Position numbers and translations under genes: made by a program. Shown piece by piece: positions 19,244 to 28,333 of a stretch of DNA of 36,178 nt. Within the stretch, counting starts at the first letter, position 1; every line of letters starts with the position of its first letter. The stretch is from a virus (Duplodnaviria > Caudoviricetes). Below the pieces are notes generated by a model. The model saw only the letters and a list, made by a program, of their open reading frames with translations. It made no database searches and was not told the DNA's origin. The DNA lies in the IMG/VR virus record IMGVR_UViG_3300030372_003848, positions 1 to 36,178 of that record. The stretch is one strand, 5' to 3'.

Positions 19244-21201
19244 TGGCCCTTGAATTACCAAAAGGCGCAACAACAGTACCGCCGCTTCCTGGTGGTGCAA
19301 TCAGCTTTGATGGACTTGATGAAAAAACAGGTGCGCCAAACAAGTTAAGAGCAGTTATCAATGCTTATCGAAAACCAGAAGATAAAATAAAAGTATTGCA
19401 ACAATATTACCCCGATGCGATTCCATTTGGCTCTGACAACTATGTTTTCAAAAACCCGAATACTGGACAACCCACTCTTTTTAACCCAAAAGGTTTTGAT
19501 GTTGGGGATGTTGTTGAATATGGGCGTGTCGCAACTGAAATATTGGCATCCATACCAGGCTTTGCGGCTGGTGGTCTCGTATCTTCACCAACGGTTGTTG
19601 GAATACCCGTAGCGGGCGCGGCTGGTGCTGCGGTCACATCAACCGCTGCTGGAAACTTATATGATGCCGCACTCAGAAAAATGTTTGGTTCAGGCGTTGA
19701 TGACACAAGAACTGCGGGAGAATTTGCTTCCGAAATTGCAACACAAGCTACCATTGAGGCTGTGACACCTTTTCCAGCTCAAAAGGTTTTGTCTGGCACG
19801 AGAGATATTGCCAGTAAAGCGTTAAACACGGAGACAGCAAAGAACACGATTGAGGCAGCAAAGAATCTAGATATTAAAAACCTACCTTTGGGTGTAATTG
19901 CGAAGGGCGTTGCCCCAACCGAAAATGCAATTGCATCAACGCTTGGCGGTGGAAAAATTGTTAAATCATACGATGATGCAATAAAAAGGCTCAGTGACAG
20001 CGTTGATGAAATTACATCAATGTCAGGAACTAAAAGCGCATCTGAGGTTGGCTCAACTGTTTCGGATGCTGCGTTCAGATTTGAAGATGAGTTTATTACA
20101 CAATCTCAAAAACTATATGACGATCTTCTTGGGCTGATTCCATCGAATCAGGTTTTTGATTTACCAAGTCTTGAGAAAGCATTAAGAGCAAATAAAAAAA
20201 TATTTGATAACAACAAAATCAATCAAGTATTTGGTGATAGTTTTACCAAAAAAATCAGTAAAATTTTTGACAAAGGCTACGCACAACCAGGCGGTGGCCC
20301 TGTTGAGCTAACTTACAACGATATTAAGCAACTACGCACATTGGTTGGAAAACAAATGAAAGGCGTTTATGTGGTTGGCACTTCTCCCGATGCGGCAGCG
20401 ATGAAACAAATATACGGCGCACTCTCTGATGATATGTTTAAAGCAGCTAGAGATGTTGGTGGCGAAGCGTTTGATACCGCGAAATATGCTGATACTTATT
20501 ATAAGCAAGGCATTGACATTCTAAATAAAAAGATCAGACCATTAACTACAACTGCTGGTGGCAAAGAGCAGTTAGCAGACGAGAGGATTTACGACAAAGT
20601 AGTCACAGGCACGAGAACCGAGCCAAGCAAAATGAATGAGACACTCAAGGGCTTTATGACTGCGGATGAGATTGCGACAGTTGGAGAAAAACAACTTTAT
20701 GACTTAACCAGAGACACCGCTGGAGATTTTAGTGTTGGCAAAACAGTTAGCAATCTCAATAGATATAAACAAAGAACAGGTGAATACCCTGTGACCATCG
20801 GAAGTCTTGGGCCAAAAGTTGATGACATTGATCTATTATCTAGGGGGTTTAAAGAAGCCAGCAAAAGTTATAACTTTTCCAACACCGCAAGAGGAAATGC
20901 AGCAAGAGAGTTAGGCGCATCATTGGGGCTTGGCGCGGGCGGTGGGCTGATTTCTGGTGATCCGACTGTCGGTTTGAGTATTGCGGCGGGTTCTTATTTG
21001 TTGCCTAAAACGGTTGCAACCATGTTGTCCAACCCAGCAACAAAGGCAGCCTTCACAAACTGGGCAACAAAAGCGGGTACTCCTGTAAGTGAAAAAATTG
21101 CTGTTTTGGTATCAATGGGCGTATCTGCACCACAGGCTGAAAAATTAATTGAAGGTTCATATAGAGAGCAAAGTGTACAGTCAGGCTTTCTTGGAAACTA
21201 A
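19243..21201 (+). CDS. Putative internal virion / DNA transfer protein
   Basis: 652 aa with G/A-rich hydrophobic segments; last gene of the structural block. Confidence 0.65.
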   Translation: MALELPKGATTVPPLPGGAISFDGLDEKTGAPNKLRAVINAYRKPEDKIKVLQQYYPDAIPFGSDNYVFKNPNTGQPTLFNPKGFDVGDVVEYGRVATEILASIPGFAAGGLVSSPTVVGIPVAGAAGAAVTSTAAGNLYDAALRKMFGSGVDDTRTAGEFASEIATQATIEAVTPFPAQKVLSGTRDIASKALNTETAKNTIEAAKNLDIKNLPLGVIAKGVAPTENAIASTLGGGKIVKSYDDAIKRLSDSVDEITSMSGTKSASEVGSTVSDAAFRFEDEFITQSQKLYDDLLGLIPSNQVFDLPSLEKALRANKKIFDNNKINQVFGDSFTKKISKIFDKGYAQPGGGPVELTYNDIKQLRTLVGKQMKGVYVVGTSPDAAAMKQIYGALSDDMFKAARDVGGEAFDTAKYADTYYKQGIDILNKKIRPLTTTAGGKEQLADERIYDKVVTGTRTEPSKMNETLKGFMTADEIATVGEKQLYDLTRDTAGDFSVGKTVSNLNRYKQRTGEYPVTIGSLGPKVDDIDLLSRGFKEASKSYNFSNTARGNAARELGASLGLGAGGGLISGDPTVGLSIAAGSYLLPKTVATMLSNPATKAAFTNWATKAGTPVSEKIAVLVSMGVSAPQAEKLIEGSYREQSVQSGFLGN

Positions 21202-21370
21202 ACCAACACCAACATAATCGTCTGAATCACTAGCCCATAAAAAACCACACGAAACATAAACTTGTATCGTTCGATTTCAGATAATAGATTTTCGCGTTCC
21301 TTTTGGCTCACTTGGATTCATAATTGGGGGTTTTAGTGAAGTTAGAATCATTCTAAAAAAAAATATAACT

Positions 21371-21628
21371 TTATTCAAAATTATTTAGAATATCTATTAT
21401 TTTCAGATAGCCCTGAATGTCGTCTTGGGTGTCAACTTTGTCTGGCTTGTTATACAAACGCACTGATTTAAATAGCACCATCATCGTTGCTGCTTGTTCG
21501 GGTGTAATGTCCACATCAAGCACCCCACTCCACACTCTCGCCAACTGGCGAAAGAACCGCATTGGATGTCCGTATTCGAGTCCTTTTTTATGTATCAGCT
21601 CATCGACTTGAAATTCATTTTGAATCAT
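21371..21628 (-). CDS. DUF6378-like small phage protein
   Basis: YGHP...F..LA..WS..L...ITPEQ...MM...K..R..D...DI.GY pattern. Confidence 0.65.
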   Translation of the reverse strand: MIQNEFQVDELIHKKGLEYGHPMRFFRQLARVWSGVLDVDITPEQAATMMVLFKSVRLYNKPDKVDTQDDIQGYLKIIDILNNFE

Positions 21629-22074
21629 TACGCTTCCTCATTAAACAAATCGGCTTCTGCTTGTCTGCGCCTGGTTAATCCTTCCAGCTCTGTCAGCTCA
21701 CCTTTGACTCTGGCTTTGTTCCAACGCTTCATTTGATAAGGCACTTCATCGTACTTTTCTTCGTTTAATTTTTTCAAAAGGGTACTCTTAGAAAACGCAC
21801 TGGGTCCGATGTTGTAAATTAGACTGACAAGCGCTGAGTTTTGATTAGCATTTAAAGGAACACTCACTAAATCATCAATGTATTGCTCATACTCTCTGAG
21901 TTCTTTATCAAGCATTGCAGTCGCAAATTGTTCAGTGATTGAATCGCCTTCTTTAACGCCCTTGGTATGCCCATAGCCAATCGTGAGTACATCGGCAGCA
22001 TCTCGATAAGCGTTGGTTTCTAATCCTTCAAATTGTTTTATGAGGTTGAGTCCTCTGTTGTTGATTTTGGTCAT
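21628..22074 (-). CDS. Endolysin, GH24 lysozyme
   Basis: FEGLETNAYRDAADVLTIGYGHT (E-x8-D-x5-T) and GLTRRRQAE; GGAG RBS before ATG 22074. Confidence 0.92.
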   Translation of the reverse strand: MTKINNRGLNLIKQFEGLETNAYRDAADVLTIGYGHTKGVKEGDSITEQFATAMLDKELREYEQYIDDLVSVPLNANQNSALVSLIYNIGPSAFSKSTLLKKLNEEKYDEVPYQMKRWNKARVKGELTELEGLTRRRQAEADLFNEEA

Positions 22075-22117
22075 GTTAACTCCAATTAAAATAATCGCTA
22101 TGAGAGCGAGAATAAAT

Positions 22118-22426
22118 TTAAGACTCAATCGTCTTGGTTTCAGTAATGATTTGAGGTGTTTCTTCATCGCGTTTTGCAAACTCTTGTTGTAATCGATCCG
22201 TTAAAAGGTTTATGTTCAGAGTCAATGATTGCCTCAATAGTCCTTGCTTGTGCGTTTCGTCATGTGTACGCAATGCTTCATGGATGTTTTTAAGGTCATT
22301 TACCAAATCCCTTTCAGCATCGCTCAGATCGCTTTCAGGTATCTCAACTTCATTGCCCTCTGCGTTCTCATACTTGATGACTGGTATCGGTTCTTCGGTT
22401 GCTTCGTTTTTTACTTCTTCGTTCAT
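22118..22426 (-). CDS. Hypothetical protein (102 aa)
   Basis: AAGGA RBS before ATG 22426 (MNEEVKNE...). Confidence 0.6.
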   Translation of the reverse strand: MNEEVKNEATEEPIPVIKYENAEGNEVEIPESDLSDAERDLVNDLKNIHEALRTHDETHKQGLLRQSLTLNINLLTDRLQQEFAKRDEETPQIITETKTIES

Positions 22427-22439
22427 TGTTGTTCCTTGT

Positions 22440-22649
22440 TTAATAGTTGTAATTTTTTGTGGCTTTTTCCCATGCATCGACTGCAACAGCCATACAGAGA
22501 TTGCTGCCTTCTTTGATGCCCTTGACAAACCAATCCGCAAACTCGCCTTTGTTTTCTTCAAACCAGGCTATGAACTCAGGATCGGTTTTCTTTTTGTGAA
22601 CGCCCTCAACGTAAGGTCTGGTTGGGTTTAGTTTGTATTCATTATTCAT
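22440..22649 (-). CDS. Hypothetical protein
   Basis: 69 aa, tightly packed in the leftward block. Confidence 0.55.
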   Translation of the reverse strand: MNNEYKLNPTRPYVEGVHKKKTDPEFIAWFEENKGEFADWFVKGIKEGSNLCMAVAVDAWEKATKNYNY

Positions 22650-22830
22650 AATTGCCCCAAGGCTGTTTGCCTCTGTTTTTGTGATATCGTTCTGCCAAGA
22701 ATTGACGACAAACCCTGTAATATCGAAATAAATTTTTATATGGTTTTTGCCCGTGCCGATGTCTTTCTAAGTCGTTTTCACCTTTCTTCATCAACACATA
22801 ATTTTTAAAACTAGGATCAAGCTGCATCAT
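22642..22830 (-). CDS. Hypothetical basic protein
   Basis: 62 aa, overlaps both neighbours. Confidence 0.55.
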   Translation of the reverse strand: MMQLDPSFKNYVLMKKGENDLERHRHGQKPYKNLFRYYRVCRQFLAERYHKNRGKQPWGNYE

Positions 22831-23051
22831 TCTTTACCGCCTATTCGTATCTGACCATTCAGATCAAAATGAATCTTGCCCATCTTTGCCAAAAACTGTA
22901 AGCGCGGATAAACTGCACCGCGACTCATGCCCATCTCTTTAGCAATCTGATGTTGGGTTGGGGTAAAGCTATATCGCTTATAAAGTTTCTTAATCACTTT
23001 GAGTGTTTCAATGGCGTTTTTTTGTCGCCTGTTTTCAATCGATGTCTTCAT
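22827..23051 (-). CDS. LexA-type winged-helix DNA-binding protein (no peptidase domain)
   Basis: AAGGAG RBS; FTPTQHQIAKEMGMSRGAVYPRLQFLAKMGKI; 74 aa. Confidence 0.75.
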   Translation of the reverse strand: MKTSIENRRQKNAIETLKVIKKLYKRYSFTPTQHQIAKEMGMSRGAVYPRLQFLAKMGKIHFDLNGQIRIGGKE

Positions 23052-24012
23052 TTTGAATCTCCTTGATTGTGAGGGTTTTGTTTCGCACAACACGCGCTTC
23101 TGTGGCGGGTATGACTTTGGTGACTTCTGGCTTTGCTTTGTATCGCCTAGAACCCCATTTGATCTGAAACTGGCCCGTGACTGCATGATCGTTCTCTTGC
23201 ATAAGTGTTTTGATCTCAGTCTCTCTGTCATCAATGATTTGTTTTGCGTTCTCAATAATTCGCTTTGAGGCTTGTATGTCCTCAACCTTCATTGCGATCT
23301 CGTCTGGAAGCTCAACCAATTTATCCACCGACTCTGACCAAATGATATTGGCATCGATGCTGTTCTCTGGCTCAAAATATTTGCGAGTCTTTATGCGTTC
23401 ATCAAAATCAGTCACGATTTCTTCCAACCACGAACTGAACTCAGGGTCACGTTCGTAAACGTAAACCCTAAGATCAGTCGAAGCATACAAGACCACAACA
23501 GCGCACCAGTCTAATCCAGCGCATTCCATAAGCCCCTGAGCTTGGAATTTGCCTCGCCAGTCTGGGAGATCATCGTCTCCATAGTCTCTTGTGGTCTTGG
23601 CTTCTAGGATGCCATCACCAGTCAAACGCAGTTCTTTATTATTTGAGGTAAATATGTTTTGCGTTGTATCGGTTTTGACAACCAAGGGGGATTCATCGCC
23701 TACCGTTGCCGTTGCGATGCCATCGGGCGATCCAGCAAGCGGTAGTGTTTTGTGTATTAGAGGCTCATCGATGTCGAGCTGTGGGTTTGTTAAACCGAGT
23801 CTAAGACATGCTTCCTCTAAGATTGGATTCTCCAGGACATCGCCCACTCTCATAAAGAGAGGTTGCTTATCGTCTCGGACATTCTCAAATCGTGCTGCCC
23901 TGATACAGCGATCAAGCAACTCGTTCTTGGTTAGGCCATAAGGGTAGTTAGGATCAAATACCGCTAGACCAGAACACGAGAGCTGATAATCAGGTGTGAC
24001 TTTACCGACCAT
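23035..24012 (-). CDS. YqaJ / lambda-exonuclease-like recombination nuclease
   Basis: GGAG RBS; GDVLE, AGSPDGI, ILEAKTT, Q.QGLM motifs. Confidence 0.8.
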   Translation of the reverse strand: MVGKVTPDYQLSCSGLAVFDPNYPYGLTKNELLDRCIRAARFENVRDDKQPLFMRVGDVLENPILEEACLRLGLTNPQLDIDEPLIHKTLPLAGSPDGIATATVGDESPLVVKTDTTQNIFTSNNKELRLTGDGILEAKTTRDYGDDDLPDWRGKFQAQGLMECAGLDWCAVVVLYASTDLRVYVYERDPEFSSWLEEIVTDFDERIKTRKYFEPENSIDANIIWSESVDKLVELPDEIAMKVEDIQASKRIIENAKQIIDDRETEIKTLMQENDHAVTGQFQIKWGSRRYKAKPEVTKVIPATEARVVRNKTLTIKEIQNEDID

Positions 24013-24244
24013 ATCTGCTGACTCCCATTGCATCTTCAATGTCCTCAACAGACCAAGTAGTCATGACTCGATTCCAGTTTTTATCTTGGAAGTCGAAATA
24101 ATTTACATAGGTCAAACCAATGTGATCGCCCTGATCGATCCTTCGATACGATTCAATACAATCCACAGGTATCTTGAGACAACCTTTTATTCGTGGCACA
24201 TATGGGTTAATGTATTTAGGCTTAGATGTTGCATGTTGGTACAT
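24002..24244 (-). CDS. Hypothetical protein (80 aa)
   Basis: AGGAG RBS before ATG 24244. Confidence 0.6.
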   Translation of the reverse strand: MYQHATSKPKYINPYVPRIKGCLKIPVDCIESYRRIDQGDHIGLTYVNYFDFQDKNWNRVMTTWSVEDIEDAMGVSRYGR

Positions 24245-24526
24245 GGTACTCTCCTCTCTTTGAGAGCGATTGCGACCATACATCTACCAACGGCATCCTT
24301 ACAGCAGTAATTGTAAAAGCTGTTAGGACAGTTCCAACTACCGAATTTACCTTAATATATATTATACGCATATATACAGAGTAAATTTTTTTAGACGATA
24401 CGGTGCTTTCGCTTGATTTTATTGAGTTTGACAAGGTTTGAGCCTCATCGGTGGGTAATGAATCAGGTGTTTCATAGGAAAAACACCTAAAAAGGGGTTC
24501 TCGGAACAGCTTTACCAAAGGGCCAA

Positions 24527-24820
24527 TCACTCGGCATCCCTAGTTGATCGGCGTTCCCGAAGGGTTAAACGGGCATGATCCAATATGCGCTGGGCAATGG
24601 CTGCCTTCATTGACATGCGAAGCTCGGCGCGTTTGATGGCCTTTAATTCATCCAATACGTCTTTGAATACATCGATGGCATCATCGAGGTCGTCACTGGT
24701 CAGCATTGGGATTTCAAGTCTCTTTGTACCCCACCCAAAATAATCGAGGTGATACACCTCTTGGTCTTTTGTGTTGGTGGTGGGTAGAGTCATGCCTGTT
24801 TTGTTCTCCTGTTTTTTCAT
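24527..24820 (-). CDS. Hypothetical protein (alternative start 24793)
   Basis: AGGTG upstream of 24820; AGGAG upstream of 24793. Confidence 0.6.
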   Translation of the reverse strand: MKKQENKTGMTLPTTNTKDQEVYHLDYFGWGTKRLEIPMLTSDDLDDAIDVFKDVLDELKAIKRAELRMSMKAAIAQRILDHARLTLRERRSTRDAE

Positions 24821-24863
24821 TGTTCACCTAATATATTTTTTTTGTTTATGTTTGGTCAAGGGG

Positions 24864-24917
24864 AAATACTGATAATAAATGGTGATAATAAATGGTGATA
24901 ATAAATTATCAGTATTT
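24864..24917. repeat. Three direct repeats (13-bp period) inside a perfect 13-bp inverted repeat
   Basis: tgataataaat at 24870, 24883, 24896; aaatactgataat (24864-24876) / attatcagtattt (24905-24917). Confidence 0.85.
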
Positions 24918-24933
24918 ATTGGACAGCCTTTCA

Positions 24934-25611
24934 TCAATAATTCTGATTGGCATCACGAATGAAGCCCCTTATGCGTTCGTCAAACTGATCGGGGTCTGTG
25001 CCTTGCCATCCAATGTAATGAAACAGCCAGTCGTTCTCGGCTGTGGACCATGCGCCCTCAGAAAAGTCATTGAGATCGGCTCGATCCAATCCGAATTGTC
25101 GCATGTTCCAAAGCACCCAATCTTTGATGTGTTCTTCGCTGTAAACATAATGCTTGGCACGATTGTCAATGACCTTTGTAAATTTATTATAAACACCCGT
25201 CCTTTTTCTAATGAGTCCTTTGTTGAGGTGTTTCTTCAAAATCTTCCGAACCGAATGGATGGTGTATTCGCCTTTGCCTTTCACTCTTTCCACCGATGAG
25301 AGAATGTCGGTTTCGGTGGTTTGTTGGTTGGCAATGCAGCGAATCAAGATGATGGCTAAAATGTATCGATCGGGTGGATTCGAAGATTCATTGATTGCAT
25401 CACTAAAATTGGATGACAATGATTCCAATCTTGAAGATCGCAGTGCAGACAGAAACAAAATGGTCACACCCAAACACATTACAAAGGTGTCAAATGTTTC
25501 GAAATTAATCGTGCAGTTCTTCCAAGCCTTTTTAAAGAAAAGGCTGTGATCGGGGTCTAATTCTCGTGGGAACTCTAAATACTGAAATCCGCCTTCTTTT
25601 ACTTCTCTCAT
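24934..25611 (-). CDS. Hypothetical protein, possible winged helix
   Basis: GGAG RBS; SVRKILKKHLNKGLIRK..DNRAK resembles a MarR-type wing. Confidence 0.55.
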   Translation of the reverse strand: MREVKEGGFQYLEFPRELDPDHSLFFKKAWKNCTINFETFDTFVMCLGVTILFLSALRSSRLESLSSNFSDAINESSNPPDRYILAIILIRCIANQQTTETDILSSVERVKGKGEYTIHSVRKILKKHLNKGLIRKRTGVYNKFTKVIDNRAKHYVYSEEHIKDWVLWNMRQFGLDRADLNDFSEGAWSTAENDWLFHYIGWQGTDPDQFDERIRGFIRDANQNY

Positions 25612-26324
25612 GACAACTCCTTTATTTTCAACAATAGATTCCTGACGTTTGATGGATGCCAGGTTCTTCCATAGCGTGATTTGATGCCCTCGGCATTGAG
25701 TCGGTTGGCAATGTCCTGATAGGTGTTTGCCCCACTCTTTTGAATCTTCTTCACCACAGGGCGCATCGTGACCGCAAAGTCATTGGCTCGTCTGGTGTGA
25801 TCTTCCGAGGCTTTTTGGGTGGCTTCCTTGATGTTTGGATTGCCAAACTTCATGCCTTTGGCTTTCAGCTTTGCCATTGCTTTCTTCGTGTTGCGAGAAA
25901 TCTTTTTGCGATTCTGTGCCACGATGTTTGCCATCATGTCCATCGGAATCCAATGAACACCCCAAATGTCGAGTGCTGCAAATTTCAGGCCATACTTGTT
26001 GTATGCCTCTAACATCAGGCTCACAAACTTCAAGTTGTTGATCCTAGAACCGAGCTTTGGACTCAATATATTGGCTTTGTTTCTGACTGCATATTTAATT
26101 GCCAATTCAAGCTGTGGCATGTGATAAGGATTCCTCGATTTCTCTTCGATGTATTCCTTTAATATGTGTCGTGTCTTGCCCTTATCACGAAGGGGTGGAT
26201 CGGTCGCTTCCTTGAGCTGGATGCGTTTCTTGTCGATGTCATCGTCACTGATGTGGTAGGTCACGAACCGAGTGGTGCGCCCTACTTTCACCTTGCCGAC
26301 ATCTGCAAAATCATCTTTTGTCAT
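25608..26324 (-). CDS. Serine recombinase/resolvase-like protein with degenerate catalytic motifs
   Basis: ISRNTKKAM...KAKG.KFGNP and YQDIANRLNAEGIKSRYGRTWHPSNVRNLL; YxRVS and DRLxR motifs altered. Confidence 0.75.
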   Translation of the reverse strand: MTKDDFADVGKVKVGRTTRFVTYHISDDDIDKKRIQLKEATDPPLRDKGKTRHILKEYIEEKSRNPYHMPQLELAIKYAVRNKANILSPKLGSRINNLKFVSLMLEAYNKYGLKFAALDIWGVHWIPMDMMANIVAQNRKKISRNTKKAMAKLKAKGMKFGNPNIKEATQKASEDHTRRANDFAVTMRPVVKKIQKSGANTYQDIANRLNAEGIKSRYGRTWHPSNVRNLLLKIKELS

Positions 26325-26333
26325 ATTGTTCTC

Positions 26334-27182
26334 CTATGATGATTGTATTGAATTAAAAATCTCGTTGCCAACATCGTTCACATTCTGCTTGGCAGTCTCA
26401 TCCATGACATGTGCATAACGCATAGTCGTCTTTGGACTTTTATGCCCTAGAAGGTTGCCTATTTCAACAAGGCTCACTTTCTTAGAACGCAGGGCAAATG
26501 TTGCAAACGAATGTCTGAGGTCGTGTAAACGAAGATCGGGTACACCCGCCTCTTCCCTTACTTGCAACCAAAACTTATCGGGGTATTTGCTTTGCATCAT
26601 TGAACTGCCTTTGCGTTCTAGGTGGTTCACAATCTGCATCGCTTGATCGTTTAGATGGATCACACGATCACCATCTTTGTCATCGGTCTTGTGTTCCCTT
26701 AAAACGATTCTGTTGCCTTCTAGGTCATCCCATTTGGCAGATGCCAACTCACCTTTGCGACAACCTGTGTAGATTAAAAGCATGATGAAATCGATGTGTT
26801 TCTGATTGTCTTTTGTGCGTTTGCGATTGAGTACATCAAAGATGCGTTTCATTTCATCTTCATTGCAATATCTTTTGCGTTTTAAGTCTGGATGTCGCTT
26901 GATAAAGGTGCATGGGTTCTGCTCGACCATCTCGTATCGCATGGCAATATCAAATGTGCATTTCAATATCGTGAGACATCGATTGGCGATACCATTGCCA
27001 CTTTTGCTTACCTCATAGAACCAATCGTTGATCTGATCGTGCTTGATGCGTTTGATGTTCTTATCGCCTATTGAGTCTTTGATGTGTCTCAACCATATTC
27101 GTTCCATGGAAGATACGGTTTTCTTCTCACGGCGATTGAGGTCGCACACATAAAGCTCGAAGGCTTTATTGAGGGTTTCCAT
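26334..27182 (-). CDS. int: Tyrosine integrase/recombinase
   Basis: YTGCRKGE, HDLRHSFAT, LLGHKS, MRYAH give the R-HxxR-H-Y catalytic set. Confidence 0.93.
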   Translation of the reverse strand: METLNKAFELYVCDLNRREKKTVSSMERIWLRHIKDSIGDKNIKRIKHDQINDWFYEVSKSGNGIANRCLTILKCTFDIAMRYEMVEQNPCTFIKRHPDLKRKRYCNEDEMKRIFDVLNRKRTKDNQKHIDFIMLLIYTGCRKGELASAKWDDLEGNRIVLREHKTDDKDGDRVIHLNDQAMQIVNHLERKGSSMMQSKYPDKFWLQVREEAGVPDLRLHDLRHSFATFALRSKKVSLVEIGNLLGHKSPKTTMRYAHVMDETAKQNVNDVGNEIFNSIQSS

Positions 27183-27202
27183 TTCGTTCTCCTATATAAA
27201 AC

Positions 27203-27466
27203 TTAATTAGGTATCACGCCTACAGCATGAACACTCTTGTTTCTTTGTTTGGCAATCAAATCTGCATAATACTGTTTGTCATTCCTTGTAAGTGTTCGCT
27301 CATCAGAGCTTGTCATTTCTCCTGATATAAAAGAACACATTTGCTCGAATATCTCTTTGTCGCTTAGTCCTTTTTCTATTAACCTTGCTATATTCTTCTT
27401 TGCAGATTTTTCTTTATTTTGTGGGTTTAGTCTTATTAATTCTTCCCAATGTTTTGTTTGTTCCAT
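27203..27466 (-). CDS. Hypothetical protein
   Basis: ATAGGAGAACGAA leader; 87 aa. Confidence 0.7.
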   Translation of the reverse strand: MEQTKHWEELIRLNPQNKEKSAKKNIARLIEKGLSDKEIFEQMCSFISGEMTSSDERTLTRNDKQYYADLIAKQRNKSVHAVGVIPN

Positions 27467-27492
27467 TTCGTTCTCCTATAAAAAAGGCAGCC

Positions 27493-28221
27493 TTAATTGG
27501 CTGCCCTGTTGTTTGTTTGGTGTTCTTCGATTAGATTCAATGCTCCGTTTTTTGCTTCTTTCCAAGAAAAGACTCTGTATTCCCATGGATCAAGAGTTTC
27601 TATTTCGGGATCGTTTTTGTCATAGACTTCAATAATCAACTCGTTCTCAAACCAATCATCGTGGTAAATGTGCAACCAATCGTGTTCCTCTGTCAACATC
27701 TGACATCTTTGTTTGGGTGAAATCCTTTTCTTCTTAGGTTTCTCAACCTCAACGATTGCGATTTCTGGAACAGCCTCAAAAGGTTTATGCCTTCTGCTGA
27801 GTTTATGTTTTCTTTTCCATTCATCAAAACAATCGTGGCTAACTCTAAACTGATACATTGTTTGGCACAGTTCATCGATGCTTGGTTGTTTGGGATGAAA
27901 GATGTTAAGAAGATTACAATAGGCTGAAACAAATTGACGACCATGTAAATCATCTGTTAAGAGATGTGCGTATTCATGAAGTATCACTCCATAGTTCATA
28001 CTCCATCTTTTTCTCAGGTGTATCTCAGACCTACCTTCGACAAAAGAACAGCCATGACCATCTTTAAATTTAATTTTAGTATTTCTTTTAAAGATTTTAT
28101 CTAATCTTTTGATAATTAATCTCACTTGTTGCTCGGTAAGATAACTGATTTTAGTCATCCATGATTGAGAATTTTCCCAGTCATATACTCGCTTTCTTTG
28201 AAAGTCTCTTACCTCAGTCAT
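27493..28221 (-). CDS. HEXXH zincin-like protein (SprT/WLM-like)
   Basis: VILHEYAHLL...HGRQF; ATAGGAGAACGAA leader. Confidence 0.7.
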   Translation of the reverse strand: MTEVRDFQRKRVYDWENSQSWMTKISYLTEQQVRLIIKRLDKIFKRNTKIKFKDGHGCSFVEGRSEIHLRKRWSMNYGVILHEYAHLLTDDLHGRQFVSAYCNLLNIFHPKQPSIDELCQTMYQFRVSHDCFDEWKRKHKLSRRHKPFEAVPEIAIVEVEKPKKKRISPKQRCQMLTEEHDWLHIYHDDWFENELIIEVYDKNDPEIETLDPWEYRVFSWKEAKNGALNLIEEHQTNNRAAN

Positions 28222-28271
28222 TTCGTTCTCCTATGTATTTTTTATGTATAAGTATTGTTCTATTTCTATTG

Positions 28272-28299
28272 ACTATATAGACATATATAGAAATTACAA
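28272..28299 (-). promoter_or_regulatory. Putative leftward sigma70 promoter in the divergent control region
   Basis: TTGTAA-16 nt-TATAGT on the minus strand, overlapped by ctatatag/tatatag repeats. Confidence 0.4.
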
Positions 28300-28333
28300 G
28301 TACTATTGGGTCATCTTTTTCAAGTTGTAAATT

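Noticed and set aside
24222-24530. 102-aa minus-strand ORF
   Set aside because: Crosses an AT-rich promoter-like region and overlaps the RBS-supported gene at 24244; probably non-coding.
24864-24917. Mini-CRISPR array
   Set aside because: Units are 11-13 bp and contiguous with no unique spacers; no cas genes.
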